Source: a virus
Taxonomy: Duplodnaviria; Heunggongvirae; Uroviricota; Caudoviricetes
DNA: 46,714 nt
IMG/VR virus record: IMGVR_UViG_2671180847_000008
Strand: one strand, 5' to 3'
Shown here: piece by piece, positions 18,126 to 27,550 of the stretch
How the letters are laid out: each line of letters opens with the position of its first letter
Numbering within the stretch: position 1 is the first letter of the stretch
Notes under the pieces: generated by a model
Databases searched by the model: none
What the model was told of the DNA's origin: nothing
The model's input: only the letters and a program-made list of their open reading frames with translations
Made by a program: the position numbers and the translations under genes

Positions 18126-18161
18126 TCCATTACACAGCACCCGCATCTGCGAGGTGGGGTT

Positions 18162-18377
18162 ATGAAATCCATGGATAAGTTAACAACGGGTGTCGCCTAT
18201 GGCACCTCAGCAGGTAGTGCCGGGTACTGGTTTTTACAGTTGCTCGATAAAGTCACGCCCTCACAGTGGGCGGCAATAGGTGTGCTGGGTAGTCTGGTGT
18301 TTGGCCTGCTGACGTATCTGACAAATCTTTATTTCAAGATTAAAGAAGACAAGCGTAAGGCTGCACGGGGAGAGTAA
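18162..18377 (+). CDS. Pinholin, phage-21 S-like, with dual-start motif
   Basis: [29 protein letters not shown]...[11 protein letters not shown]; two Met starts (M1, M4) as in S21; RBS GAGGTGGGG. Confidence 0.9.
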
Positions 18378-18381
18378 TTCA

Positions 18382-18732
18382 ATGACTCAAAACTATGAAC
18401 TGATTGTGAAAGGGATCCGCAATTTTGAGAATAAAGTTACGGTAACTTTAGCGTTACGGGACAAAAACCGCTTTGACGGTGAAATTTTTGACCTGGACAT
18501 CTCGCTGGACCGTGTTGAAGGTGCCGCGCTGGAGTTTTATGAGGCAGCAGCCAGAAGGAGCATCAGACAGGTCTTCCTGGATGTTGCTGCCGGGTTATGT
18601 GAAGGGGATGAGCAGTCGCCGGAAAAGCGCCCCGTAATTTTAGATGCGCAGAATGTGTGGATAACCTACAAAGGAAAGCTACCAGGAAGAATTACTGATT
18701 CTCTGAAGACTCCTCCGGAATCACAACCTTAA
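18382..18732 (+). CDS. Hypothetical soluble protein inserted between holin and endolysin
   Basis: ATG with RBS GGAGAG; 116 aa; no transmembrane segment evident. Confidence 0.6.
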   Translation: MTQNYELIVKGIRNFENKVTVTLALRDKNRFDGEIFDLDISLDRVEGAALEFYEAAARRSIRQVFLDVAAGLCEGDEQSPEKRPVILDAQNVWITYKGKLPGRITDSLKTPPESQP

Positions 18733-18795
18733 GTCACTGACCGGAACAGATAAACCTGTCCGTGGGCAGAAACCGATAAATCCTGATAAATATCC

Positions 18796-19329
18796 ATGAA
18801 CGCAAAAATCAGATACGGCCTGTCGGCTGCCGTTCTGGCACTGATTGCCGTCGGTGCGCCCGCGCCTGATATTCTCGACCAGTTTCTGAATGAAAAGGAA
18901 GGTAACCACACCACGGCATACCGTGATGGTGCGGGTATCTGGACCATCTGTCGTGGTGCCACCATGGTGGATGGTAAGCCCGTCATACCGGGAATGAAAC
19001 TGTCGAAGGAAAAATGCAATCAGGTTAATGCCATTGAACGTGATAAGGCGCTGGCATGGGTGGAGAAAAACATCCGGGTATCACTGACGGAACCACAGAA
19101 AGCGGGTATCGCGTCATTTTGTCCCTATAACATTGGCCCCGGTAAGTGTTTTCCGTCGACGTTTTATAAGCGGCTGAATGCTGGTGATCGTAAAGGTGCA
19201 TGCGAGGCGATTCGCTGGTGGATAAAAGATGGTGGGCGCGATTGCCGCATACGTTCAAATAACTGCTATGGACAGGTTATTCGTCGTGACCAGGAAAGCG
19301 CATTAGCCTGTTGGGGGATAGATCAGTGA
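18796..19329 (+). CDS. SAR endolysin (T4-lysozyme-like muramidase)
   Basis: N-terminal signal-anchor-release segment ([18 protein letters not shown]) and E-x8-D-x5-T catalytic triad ([16 protein letters not shown]). Confidence 0.9.
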   Translation: MNAKIRYGLSAAVLALIAVGAPAPDILDQFLNEKEGNHTTAYRDGAGIWTICRGATMVDGKPVIPGMKLSKEKCNQVNAIERDKALAWVEKNIRVSLTEPQKAGIASFCPYNIGPGKCFPSTFYKRLNAGDRKGACEAIRWWIKDGGRDCRIRSNNCYGQVIRRDQESALACWGIDQ

Positions 19330-19763
19330 GCAGAGTCGCCGCGATTATTTATGCTTTGGTTATCTGCATCATCGTCTGCCTGTCGTGGGCGGTCAATCAT
19401 TACCGTGATAACGCCATCGCCTACAAAGAACAGCGTGATAAAGCCACATCCATCATCGCTGATATGCAGAAGCGTCAACGTGATGTAGCAGAACTCGACG
19501 CCAGATACACAAAGGAGCTTGCTGATGCTAACGCGACTATCGAAAGTCTCCGTGCTGATGTTTCTGCTGGGCGTAAGCGCCTGCAAGTCGCCGCCACCTG
19601 TGCAAAGTCAACGACCAGAGCCAGCGGCATGGGCGATGGAGAAAGCCCAAGACTTACAGCAGATGCTGAACTCAATTATTACCGTCTCCGAAGCGGAATC
19701 GACAGGATAACCGCGCAGGTTAACTACCTGCAGGAATACATCAGGACGCAATGCCTTCGATGA
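19326..19763 (+). CDS. Rz i-spanin
   Basis: GTG start overlapping the endolysin stop (GTGA); N-terminal TM helix then coiled coil. Confidence 0.8.
   Translation: MSRVAAIIYALVICIIVCLSWAVNHYRDNAIAYKEQRDKATSIIADMQKRQRDVAELDARYTKELADANATIESLRADVSAGRKRLQVAATCAKSTTRASGMGDGESPRLTADAELNYYRLRSGIDRITAQVNYLQEYIRTQCLR
19525..19710 (+). CDS. Rz1 o-spanin lipoprotein, embedded in Rz in the +1 frame
   Basis: RBS AAAGGAG; signal peptide with lipobox LLGVSAC; proline-rich mature part; entirely inside Rz. Confidence 0.75.
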   Translation: MLTRLSKVSVLMFLLGVSACKSPPPVQSQRPEPAAWAMEKAQDLQQMLNSIITVSEAESTG

Positions 19764-19936
19764 TAGCGATAATTTTACTCATCATCCTTCACATCTGGCT
19801 CTGTAGACAGGGTGGTGATCACTTCTGGAGTGAATCCAGATTAAACATCTCATTGCTGATGCTTGAAGTTGAGCATCTGGCGCGCGGTAAGGGGCTGCGT
19901 TGAAATAAGAGCCAGTCATTAAAAATACCTGGATTT

Positions 19937-19961
19937 AGCCTCGCATTCGCGGGGCTTTTTA
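19937..19961 (+). terminator. Terminator after the lysis cassette
   Basis: AGCCTCGC-ATTC-GCGGGGCT hairpin followed by TTTTT; a second hairpin lies at 19973-19998. Confidence 0.55.
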
Positions 19962-20389
19962 TTGCCATTACAAAAGCCACTCCCTACAGAGTGGCTTTGA
20001 TAATGACTTATACCCTACACGGGATAACTTAACTGATATCCCTTTTAACGGATAAAGGTATTCAAGCCTGACACATCATGCGCTGTATCGTCGCCGTATT
20101 CCCGTATTAACAGAGACCGTAGCCCGACGGGGAACTCCTTCTGCGAGAGTGTGCGGGAATAATCAAAAACGATGCACACCGGGTTTTTACCGCGTTTATG
20201 GTTCGCGGGTTTGTCCCTCATGCTCGCCAGTCCTGTGCGGGGGTGGAAGAAACAGGATACTCACACAGATTCTTGTGGGCACGATGCTATTCCTTTCTGG
20301 ATTATCCCGATGCCATTCATGCAAGGCGCTGTATCAGACGTTCGTCATGGCTGTCAGGCTGACGGGTCCTCCCGGTGGGGTGGCCTGCC

Positions 20390-20409
20390 ACGGGGCGGGA
20401 GCGTCGCGG
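20390..20409. other. Candidate cosN (cohesive-end site)
   Basis: ACG-GGGCGGGAGCGT-CGCGG versus lambda ACG-GGGCGGCGACCT-CGCGG (recalled from memory); 186 bp upstream of the Nu1-like start (191 bp in lambda). Confidence 0.6.
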
Positions 20410-20578
20410 AAAAAGGCTAGTTTTTGCATTTTTATCGGCCACCATCATCTTTGCATCTTATTGATTATTAATGGTTATTTGTTTTTTGTATGTCGAATTG
20501 AGCGGTTTTTGTTCGACATCGAACGCGTTTTCTTAAAGTTGTTCGCACGATGCATGTTTAAAGCTCTCCGGAGGAAAT

Positions 20579-21070
20579 ATGGATCATGAGTTGAAAAACC
20601 TGGTGCTGAATATTAATCAACTGGCGGCTTTATCTGGTCTGCACCGCCAGACTGTCGTGGCAAGACTGAAAAACATTCGTCCCGCTGGTGGACATGACAA
20701 ACTCAAGCTATATCGGTTGACCGATATTCTGACTGAATTTATGGGGTTACCACCGCCGGTTGCTGAGGGCGAAATGGATCCACATGAACGCAAAGCCTGG
20801 TATCAGTCTGAACGTGAGCGTCTTAAGTTCGAACAGGAAACGGCACAACTCATTCCGGCCAGTGATGTCAGACGGGAGTTTGCCATCTGGGCAAAAGCGG
20901 TCGTGCAGGTGCTGGAGACATTACCGGATATTCTGGAACGTGACTGCGGCCTGCAGCCTGCCGCTGTGAGCCGTGTTCAGTCCATTATTGATGATCTGCG
21001 CGATCAGATAGCCCTGCGGGTGACCGAAGCAGGTGCGGATGATGAGGAGGAATTACAGCAGGAGGAGTAA
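20579..21070 (+). CDS. Terminase small subunit (Nu1-like)
   Basis: N-terminal HTH (NINQLAALSGLHRQTV); RBS GGAGG; directly precedes the large subunit. Confidence 0.8.
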   Translation: MDHELKNLVLNINQLAALSGLHRQTVVARLKNIRPAGGHDKLKLYRLTDILTEFMGLPPPVAEGEMDPHERKAWYQSERERLKFEQETAQLIPASDVRREFAIWAKAVVQVLETLPDILERDCGLQPAAVSRVQSIIDDLRDQIALRVTEAGADDEEELQQEE

Positions 21071-23172
21071 TGCTGAATCAGGAAACCGCAAAGGCAGCAC
21101 GAACCGATTCAGGTTATATCCTTCGCGCACCGAGACGAATGCTGGTTGCTGATGCCGTTGCTCAGTATATGCGGGTGCCCATGGGGGCCGGGAATTCAGT
21201 CCCGTGGGATCCGCTGGTGGCACCGTATGTTATTGAGCCGATGAACTGCCTGGCCTCGCGTGAATACGACGCAGTGATATTTGTTGGCCCGGCACGAACT
21301 GGCAAGACTATCGGCCTGATTGACGGCTGGGTGATTTACAATGTGATTTGCGATCCTGCTGATATGCTGATCATTCAGATGACGGAGGAAAAAGCCCGCG
21401 AACACTCCAAAAAACGACTTGCCAGAACGTTTCGCGTCAGCCCGGAAGTGGTCAGTCGCCTGAGTCCGAACAAAAATGACAACAACGTTTATGACAGAAC
21501 ATTCCTTGCTGGCAACTACCTGAAAATCGGCTGGCCGTCAGTCAATATCATGTCCTCATCAGATTATAAATGCGTGGCGCTGACGGATTATGACCGTTTT
21601 CCGGAAGATATTGATGGCGAGGGGGATGCCTTCTCTCTTGCCTCAAAACGTACCACCACATTTATGTCCAGTGGTATGACGCTGGTGGAGAGTTCCCCCG
21701 GCAGGGATGTGAAGGATGTGAAATGGCGACGGACTTCACCGCATGAGGCTCCACCAACCACGGGGATACTGTCGCTCTATAACCGTGGCGATCGCCGTCG
21801 CTGGTACTGGCCCTGTCCACACTGTGGTGAGTATTTTCAGCCCTGCGGCGATGTGGTTGCTGGTTTCCGTGATATTGCCGATCCCGTGCTGGCAAGTGAG
21901 GCGGCTTATATTCAGTGTCCTTCCTGTTCAGGACGGATTATGCCTGAACAAAAACGTGAGCTGAACGGACGTGGGGTCTGGTTGCGGGATGGTGAATCCA
22001 TCAATGCGGATGGCAGTCGTTATGGTGATCCCCGACGCTCACGTATTGCGTCATTCTGGATGGAGGGGCCGGCAGCTGCTTACCAGACACTCTCGCAACT
22101 CGTTTACAAACTGCTTACTGCAGAACAGGAATACGAGACAACCGGAAGTGAAGAAACACTCAAGACGGTTATCAATACCGACTGGGGATTACCTTATCTT
22201 CCCCGTGCCAGCATGGAGCAACGAAAAAGTGAACTGCTTGAGCAGCGGGCAGAGCCAGTTCCTTCCCGCAGTGTGCCGGATGGCGTTAATTTTCTTGTGG
22301 CGACAGTGGATGTGCAGGCGGGACGTCATCGCCGTTTTGTGGTTCAGGTAACGGGCTATGGCAGCCGTGGCGAACGCTGGATTATTGATCGTTACAACAT
22401 CACGCAGTCATTGCGCGGTGACAGCGACGGTGAGAGCCAGCGAATTGATCCGGCCAGCTATCCGGAAGACTGGGATGTCCTGCTGACGGATGTTTTTCAT
22501 AAAAGCTGGCCGCTGGCCTCCGATCCTTCTCAACAAATGCGACTGATGGCAATGGCGGTGGACTCCGGCGGTGAAGACGGGGTCACTGATAATGCCTATA
22601 AATTCTGGCGTCGTTGCCGTCGTGATGGCCTTGGTAAACGTATTTACCTGTTTAAGGGCGACAGCATCCGGCGCGCAAAACTGATCACCCGTACATTCCC
22701 TGATAACACCGGACGAACGGGCCGACGGGCGCAGGCCGCAGGTGATGTGCCGCTCTGGCTTCTTCAGACGGATGCACTGAAAGACCGGGTGAATAACGCG
22801 TTATGGCGTGACTCGCCAGGTCCCGGCTATGTGCATTTCCCTGACTGGCTGGGGAGCTGGTTTTACGACGAACTGACGTATGAAGAGCGGAGCAGTGACG
22901 GGAAATGGAGTAAGCCGGGTCGCGGTGCCAACGAAGCTTTTGACCTGATGGTGTATGCCGAGGCTCTGGTCATTCTGCATGGATACGAAAAGATCCGCTG
23001 GCCGGATGCACCGGAGTGGGCGAGCCGGGAAACCTGGCTGGAGTGTGTCCCGGACAGTACCGAACCGTCACCCTCACCGGAACCGGTATCCACGCCTGTT
23101 AAAAAACAAAAACGGAAGAAAACAGTAACTGACGATGTTAACCCCTGGCTGACTTCCGGAGGATGGTTATGA
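21070..23172 (+). CDS. Terminase large subunit (lambda gpA family)
   Basis: Walker A GPARTGKT; Cys/His cluster CPHCGEYF like lambda gpA CPHCGEE; 700 aa. Confidence 0.9.
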   Translation: MLNQETAKAARTDSGYILRAPRRMLVADAVAQYMRVPMGAGNSVPWDPLVAPYVIEPMNCLASREYDAVIFVGPARTGKTIGLIDGWVIYNVICDPADMLIIQMTEEKAREHSKKRLARTFRVSPEVVSRLSPNKNDNNVYDRTFLAGNYLKIGWPSVNIMSSSDYKCVALTDYDRFPEDIDGEGDAFSLASKRTTTFMSSGMTLVESSPGRDVKDVKWRRTSPHEAPPTTGILSLYNRGDRRRWYWPCPHCGEYFQPCGDVVAGFRDIADPVLASEAAYIQCPSCSGRIMPEQKRELNGRGVWLRDGESINADGSRYGDPRRSRIASFWMEGPAAAYQTLSQLVYKLLTAEQEYETTGSEETLKTVINTDWGLPYLPRASMEQRKSELLEQRAEPVPSRSVPDGVNFLVATVDVQAGRHRRFVVQVTGYGSRGERWIIDRYNITQSLRGDSDGESQRIDPASYPEDWDVLLTDVFHKSWPLASDPSQQMRLMAMAVDSGGEDGVTDNAYKFWRRCRRDGLGKRIYLFKGDSIRRAKLITRTFPDNTGRTGRRAQAAGDVPLWLLQTDALKDRVNNALWRDSPGPGYVHFPDWLGSWFYDELTYEERSSDGKWSKPGRGANEAFDLMVYAEALVILHGYEKIRWPDAPEWASRETWLECVPDSTEPSPSPEPVSTPVKKQKRKKTVTDDVNPWLTSGGWL

Positions 23173-23381
23173 ATCAGAATGATATTGAAGCCATGATTCA
23201 GCGTTATACGGAAGCTGAAATGGCGGTGCTGGACGGAAAATCCGTCACTTTTAATGGTCAGCAGATGACCATGGAAAACTTATCTGAGATCCGGCAGGGG
23301 CGGCAGGAGTGGGAGCGCCGCCTTGCGGCTCTGATTACACGACGACGGGGGCATCCCGGGTACCGGCTGGCGAGGTTCTGA
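23169..23381 (+). CDS. Head-tail joining protein (gpW-like)
   Basis: About 70 aa; C-terminal RRRGHPGY resembles lambda W RRRGPAGF; RBS GGAGG. Confidence 0.7.
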   Translation: MNQNDIEAMIQRYTEAEMAVLDGKSVTFNGQQMTMENLSEIRQGRQEWERRLAALITRRRGHPGYRLARF

Positions 23382-24889
23382 TGGCAATTCTTGATGATGT
23401 GATTGGCGTTTTTTCACCAGGATGGAAAGCGGCAAGGCTGCGTTCCCGTGCGGTGATCCAGGCTTATGAGGCCGTAAAAACGACGCGGACACACAAAGCC
23501 CGGCGGGAAAACCGAACTGCCGACCAGTTAAGCCAGTACGGGGCCGTGTCGTTACGTGAGCAGGCCCGTTACCTTGATAACAACCACGATCTGGTTATTG
23601 GTGTATTTGACAAGCTGGAAGAACGGGTGGTGGGGAAAAACGGGATTATTGTCGAGCCACATCCGGTATTACGCAATGGGGCCATTGCCCGTGACCTGGC
23701 TGCGGAGATTCGCACCCGATGGAGTGAATGGTCTGTCAGCCCGGAAGTCACCGGGCAGTTTACCCGTCCGATGCTGGAACGTCTGATGCTGCGTACCTGG
23801 CTGCGCGATGGTGAGGTGTTTGCCCAGATGGTTTCCGGGCGCATAAACAGCCTGGCGCCTTCTGCCGGTGTTCATTTCTGGCTGGAGGCGCTCGAGCCGG
23901 ACTTTATTCCCATGACCAGTGATGAGAGCAACAGGCTGAATCAGGGCGTGTTTGTTGATGACTGGGGGCGTCCCGAAAAATATCTGGTGTATAAAAGCCG
24001 TCCCGTATCCGGACGGCAGATGGAAACCAAAGAAGTGGATGCAGAGCGAATGCTGCATCTTAAATTTGTTCGCCGTCTGCACCAGATGCGCGGGACGTCT
24101 TTATTGTCCGGTGTGCTGATCCGCCTCAGTGCCCTGAAAGAATATGAAGATTCTGAGCTGACTGCAGCAAGGATCGCCGCTGCTCTGGGGATGTACATCC
24201 GCAAAGGCGACGGACAGAGCTATGAACCGGATGGTAATGGCAGAAAGGAGAATGAACGTGAGCTTACCATTCAGCCAGGCATTATTTACGACGATCTGAA
24301 ACCCGGCGAAGAAATCGGAATGGTGAAGTCGGATCGCCCCAATCCTAATCTTGAAACTTTTCGTAATGGTCAGTTGCGTGCCGTGGCGGCGGGCAGTCGT
24401 CTGAGTTTTTCCAGTACGGCACGCAACTATAACGGCACTTACAGCGCCCAGCGTCAGGAACTGGTTGAGTCTACTGATGGCTACCTGATCCTGCAGGACT
24501 GGTTTATTGGTGCCGTCACCCGCCCGATGTATCGTGCCTGGCTGAAACAGGCTGTGGCATCCGGTGTTATCAGGCTACCCCGCGATCTTGACCGTTCTTC
24601 ACTGTATACCGCGGTGTATTCCGGACCGGTGATGCCGTGGATTGACCCTGTTAAGGAGGCTGAGGCCTGGAAAATCCAGATTCGTGGTGGAGCGGCGACA
24701 GAATCAGACTGGGTACGTGCTGGTGGTCGTAATCCGGATGATGTCAAACGTCGGCGCAAGGCCGAAATTGATGAAAACCGCAAGCTGGATCTGGTATTTG
24801 ATACCGATCCAGCCAGTGATAAAGGAGGCAGCAGTGCCGCAACGAAACGACAGGATCCGCAGCACACCGACGACCAGTCCGAAGAATAA
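23381..24889 (+). CDS. Portal protein
   Basis: About 500 aa, between W and the capsid gene; TGATG overlap with W. Confidence 0.85.
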   Translation: MAILDDVIGVFSPGWKAARLRSRAVIQAYEAVKTTRTHKARRENRTADQLSQYGAVSLREQARYLDNNHDLVIGVFDKLEERVVGKNGIIVEPHPVLRNGAIARDLAAEIRTRWSEWSVSPEVTGQFTRPMLERLMLRTWLRDGEVFAQMVSGRINSLAPSAGVHFWLEALEPDFIPMTSDESNRLNQGVFVDDWGRPEKYLVYKSRPVSGRQMETKEVDAERMLHLKFVRRLHQMRGTSLLSGVLIRLSALKEYEDSELTAARIAAALGMYIRKGDGQSYEPDGNGRKENERELTIQPGIIYDDLKPGEEIGMVKSDRPNPNLETFRNGQLRAVAAGSRLSFSSTARNYNGTYSAQRQELVESTDGYLILQDWFIGAVTRPMYRAWLKQAVASGVIRLPRDLDRSSLYTAVYSGPVMPWIDPVKEAEAWKIQIRGGAATESDWVRAGGRNPDDVKRRRKAEIDENRKLDLVFDTDPASDKGGSSAATKRQDPQHTDDQSEE

Positions 24890-24902
24890 TTCCTGGTTCA
24901 GG

Positions 24903-26861
24903 ATGCAGGCTGGTCACCAGAGTGACGCGGATATTTATATTTATGACGAGATTGGTTTCTGGGGTGTTACAGCGAAGCAGTTTATCAGTGATCTGAATGC
25001 ACTGGGCGATATCACCCACATTAATCTCCATATTAATTCACCGGGTGGCGATGTCTTTGAAGGCATCGCCATTTTTAATGCGCTGAAAACACATGGTGCG
25101 TCCATTACCGTTTATGTCGACGGTGTGGCGGCGTCAATGGCGTCGGTCATTGCGATGGTGGGAAACCCGGTCATTATGCCGGAAAACACCTTCATGATGA
25201 TTCATAAACCATTTGGCTTTACGGGCGGTGATGCGGAGGACATGCGCACCTATGCCGACCTGCTCGATAAGGTTGAGGCGGTTCTGTTACCCGCTTATGC
25301 ACAGAAAACCGGGAAAACCACCGATGAAATTGCTGCCATGCTGGCGGATGAGACCTGGATGTCAGGTGCCGAATGTCTGGAACATGGATTTGCTGATCAG
25401 GTAACGCCAGCCGTTAAGGCAATGGCATGTATTCAGTCAAAACGTACAGAGGAATTTAAAAAGATGCCGGAATCCATTCGAAACATGATTACTCCGCCAC
25501 GCAACAGTGCTCCACGCGTACAGGATGATGAACCTGCTGCCTCCCGGACGCCAGTGCAGGCAGCAGCACCCGTGGTGGATGAAAACAGTATCCGTGCGCA
25601 GGTACTGGCAGAGCAAAAAGCGCGTGTAAACGGTATTAATGATCTGTTTGCCATGTTTGGCGGGCGTTATCAGACGCTGCAGGCTCAGTGTCTTGCCGAT
25701 CCTGAATGTTCGCTGGAGCAGGCCCGCGAAAAGCTGTTGAACGAGATGGGGCGCGAGTCCACGCCATCCAATAAAAATACCCCGGCTCATATTTATGCCG
25801 GTAACGGTAATTTTGTGGGGGACGGGATCCGCCAGGCGCTGATGGCGCGTGCCGGATTTGAAAAACCCGAACGTGATAATGTCTACAACGGGATGACCCT
25901 GCGTGAATATGCCCGTATGTCACTGACTGAACGGGGTATTGGGGTTTCCGGTTATAACCCGATGCAGATGGTCGGTGCGGCGTTCACACACAGTACGTCT
26001 GACTTCGGTAATATTCTGCTGGATGTTGCGAACAAAGCCATTCTGCAGGGCTGGGAAGATGCCCCTGAAACCTATGAACAGTGGACGCGGAAAGGTCAGT
26101 TGTCTGATTTTAAAATTGCCCATCGTGTGGGTATGGGGGGCTTCAGTGCTCTGCGTCAGGTGCGTGAAGGGGCGGAATATAAATACGTCACCACCGGAGA
26201 TAAACAGGCCACTATTGCACTGGCGACCTATGGCGAGCTGTTCAGTATCACCCGTCAGGCCATTATCAATGATGATCTGAATATGCTGACCGATGTCCCG
26301 ATGAAACTGGGCCGTGCGGCGAAATCCACTATTGCCGATCTGGTTTATGCCATTCTGACGTCTAACCCGAAAATCTCCACAGATAATGTAAGTCTGTTCG
26401 ATAAAGCGAAACATGCAAACGTACTGGAGAGCGCTGCAATGGACGTGGCATCGCTGGATAAAGCCCGCCAGTTGATGCGCGTTCAGAAAGAGGGGGAGCG
26501 TCATCTGAATATTCGTCCTGCGTTCGTACTGGTACCGACGGCGATGGAGTCTGTTGCTAACCAGGTCATTCGCTCCTCAAGTGTCAAGGGGGCTGACATT
26601 AACGCCGGTATTATTAACCCGGTGAAAGATTTTGCGACCGTTATTGCAGAGCCTCGTCTTGATGATAACAGCCAGACCACTTTCTACCTGGCTGCGTCCA
26701 AAGGCTCCGATACGATTGAAGTGGCTTATCTCAACGGTGTGGATACGCCATATATTGATCAGATGGAGGGCTTCAGTGTGGATGGCGTGACAACGAAAGT
26801 GCGTATTGACGCCGGTGTCGCGCCAGTTGATCACCGCGGTCTGGTGAAATGTACGGCGTAA
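24903..26861 (+). CDS. Prohead protease (ClpP/S49-like) - scaffold - major capsid protein fusion
   Basis: N-terminal serine-protease region (INSPGGDVFEGIAIFNAL, VAASMASVIAMVG); central coiled-coil; large C-terminal capsid-sized domain; single 652-aa ORF. Confidence 0.8.
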   Translation: MQAGHQSDADIYIYDEIGFWGVTAKQFISDLNALGDITHINLHINSPGGDVFEGIAIFNALKTHGASITVYVDGVAASMASVIAMVGNPVIMPENTFMMIHKPFGFTGGDAEDMRTYADLLDKVEAVLLPAYAQKTGKTTDEIAAMLADETWMSGAECLEHGFADQVTPAVKAMACIQSKRTEEFKKMPESIRNMITPPRNSAPRVQDDEPAASRTPVQAAAPVVDENSIRAQVLAEQKARVNGINDLFAMFGGRYQTLQAQCLADPECSLEQAREKLLNEMGRESTPSNKNTPAHIYAGNGNFVGDGIRQALMARAGFEKPERDNVYNGMTLREYARMSLTERGIGVSGYNPMQMVGAAFTHSTSDFGNILLDVANKAILQGWEDAPETYEQWTRKGQLSDFKIAHRVGMGGFSALRQVREGAEYKYVTTGDKQATIALATYGELFSITRQAIINDDLNMLTDVPMKLGRAAKSTIADLVYAILTSNPKISTDNVSLFDKAKHANVLESAAMDVASLDKARQLMRVQKEGERHLNIRPAFVLVPTAMESVANQVIRSSSVKGADINAGIINPVKDFATVIAEPRLDDNSQTTFYLAASKGSDTIEVAYLNGVDTPYIDQMEGFSVDGVTTKVRIDAGVAPVDHRGLVKCTA

Positions 26862-26947
26862 ACGTCGCAGACAACAATTCTGATGGCCCGTAAGGGCTTT
26901 TTTTGTACCTGAAATCAGCCCCTGAACGGGGCTGTGCGGAGACAGTT

Positions 26948-27271
26948 ATGGCAAAGAATTTTGTAGAAGAAGGAAAAACGGTGGCGATTATTGCCAGTGC
27001 AGCCATCAGCAGCGGAGATCTGGTGCAGGTGGGCGATGTTTTTGCGGTGGCGCTGACCGATATTCCACAGGGTGAAACAGGCGACGGCATGACCGAAGGT
27101 GTGTTTATGCTGCCTAAGCTGAAAACGGATGACATGAAAACGGGTAAGAAGGTTTATCTGAAGTCCGGAAAAGTTCAGCTGACTAACAGCGGCTCTGATC
27201 CGCTGGTCGGGGTTGTCTGGGCAGATGCCGGAACCAGTGCAGAAGAAGTGCCGGTAAAACTCAATGTCTGA
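26948..27271 (+). CDS. Small head-associated protein (possible decoration/FI-position protein)
   Basis: 107 aa immediately after the capsid gene; RBS GGAG. Confidence 0.5.
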   Translation: MAKNFVEEGKTVAIIASAAISSGDLVQVGDVFAVALTDIPQGETGDGMTEGVFMLPKLKTDDMKTGKKVYLKSGKVQLTNSGSDPLVGVVWADAGTSAEEVPVKLNV

Positions 27272-27539
27272 TCCCTTTTCCCGGCTGGCAGCGCGTATGG
27301 ATGCGATCACGGTCAGAAAGATGGGAAAGACAGCCTCGATTAATGATGTCGATATGACTGTGATCCCGGGAGAAACACTGGCAGAGCTGAATGCTCTGTC
27401 CGGACCTGCGGTCTCTCTGGTGGTGTTTTCTTCGGGATACCGCCCACGGCGCGGGGATCGCGTTGTTTATGACGGACAACAATGGACGGTCACACGGCAT
27501 GAACGCTTTAACGGTAAGCCAATGATCTTTATTGAGTAA
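27264..27539 (+). CDS. Head-tail connector (FII-position protein)
   Basis: 91 aa; position before Z/U/V; RRGDRVVYDGQQW motif. Confidence 0.55.
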   Translation: MSDPFSRLAARMDAITVRKMGKTASINDVDMTVIPGETLAELNALSGPAVSLVVFSSGYRPRRGDRVVYDGQQWTVTRHERFNGKPMIFIE

Positions 27540-27550
27540 AGAGGTGTGGG

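Noticed and set aside
20149-20589. Plus-strand ORFs (146 aa and 82 aa) upstream of the terminase
   Set aside because: They span the cos region, have no RBS and a Cys/Arg-rich composition; the region is better explained as cosQ/cosN/cosB.
25920-26504. 194-aa minus-strand ORF
   Set aside because: Antisense to the capsid-domain coding region; composition not protein-like.
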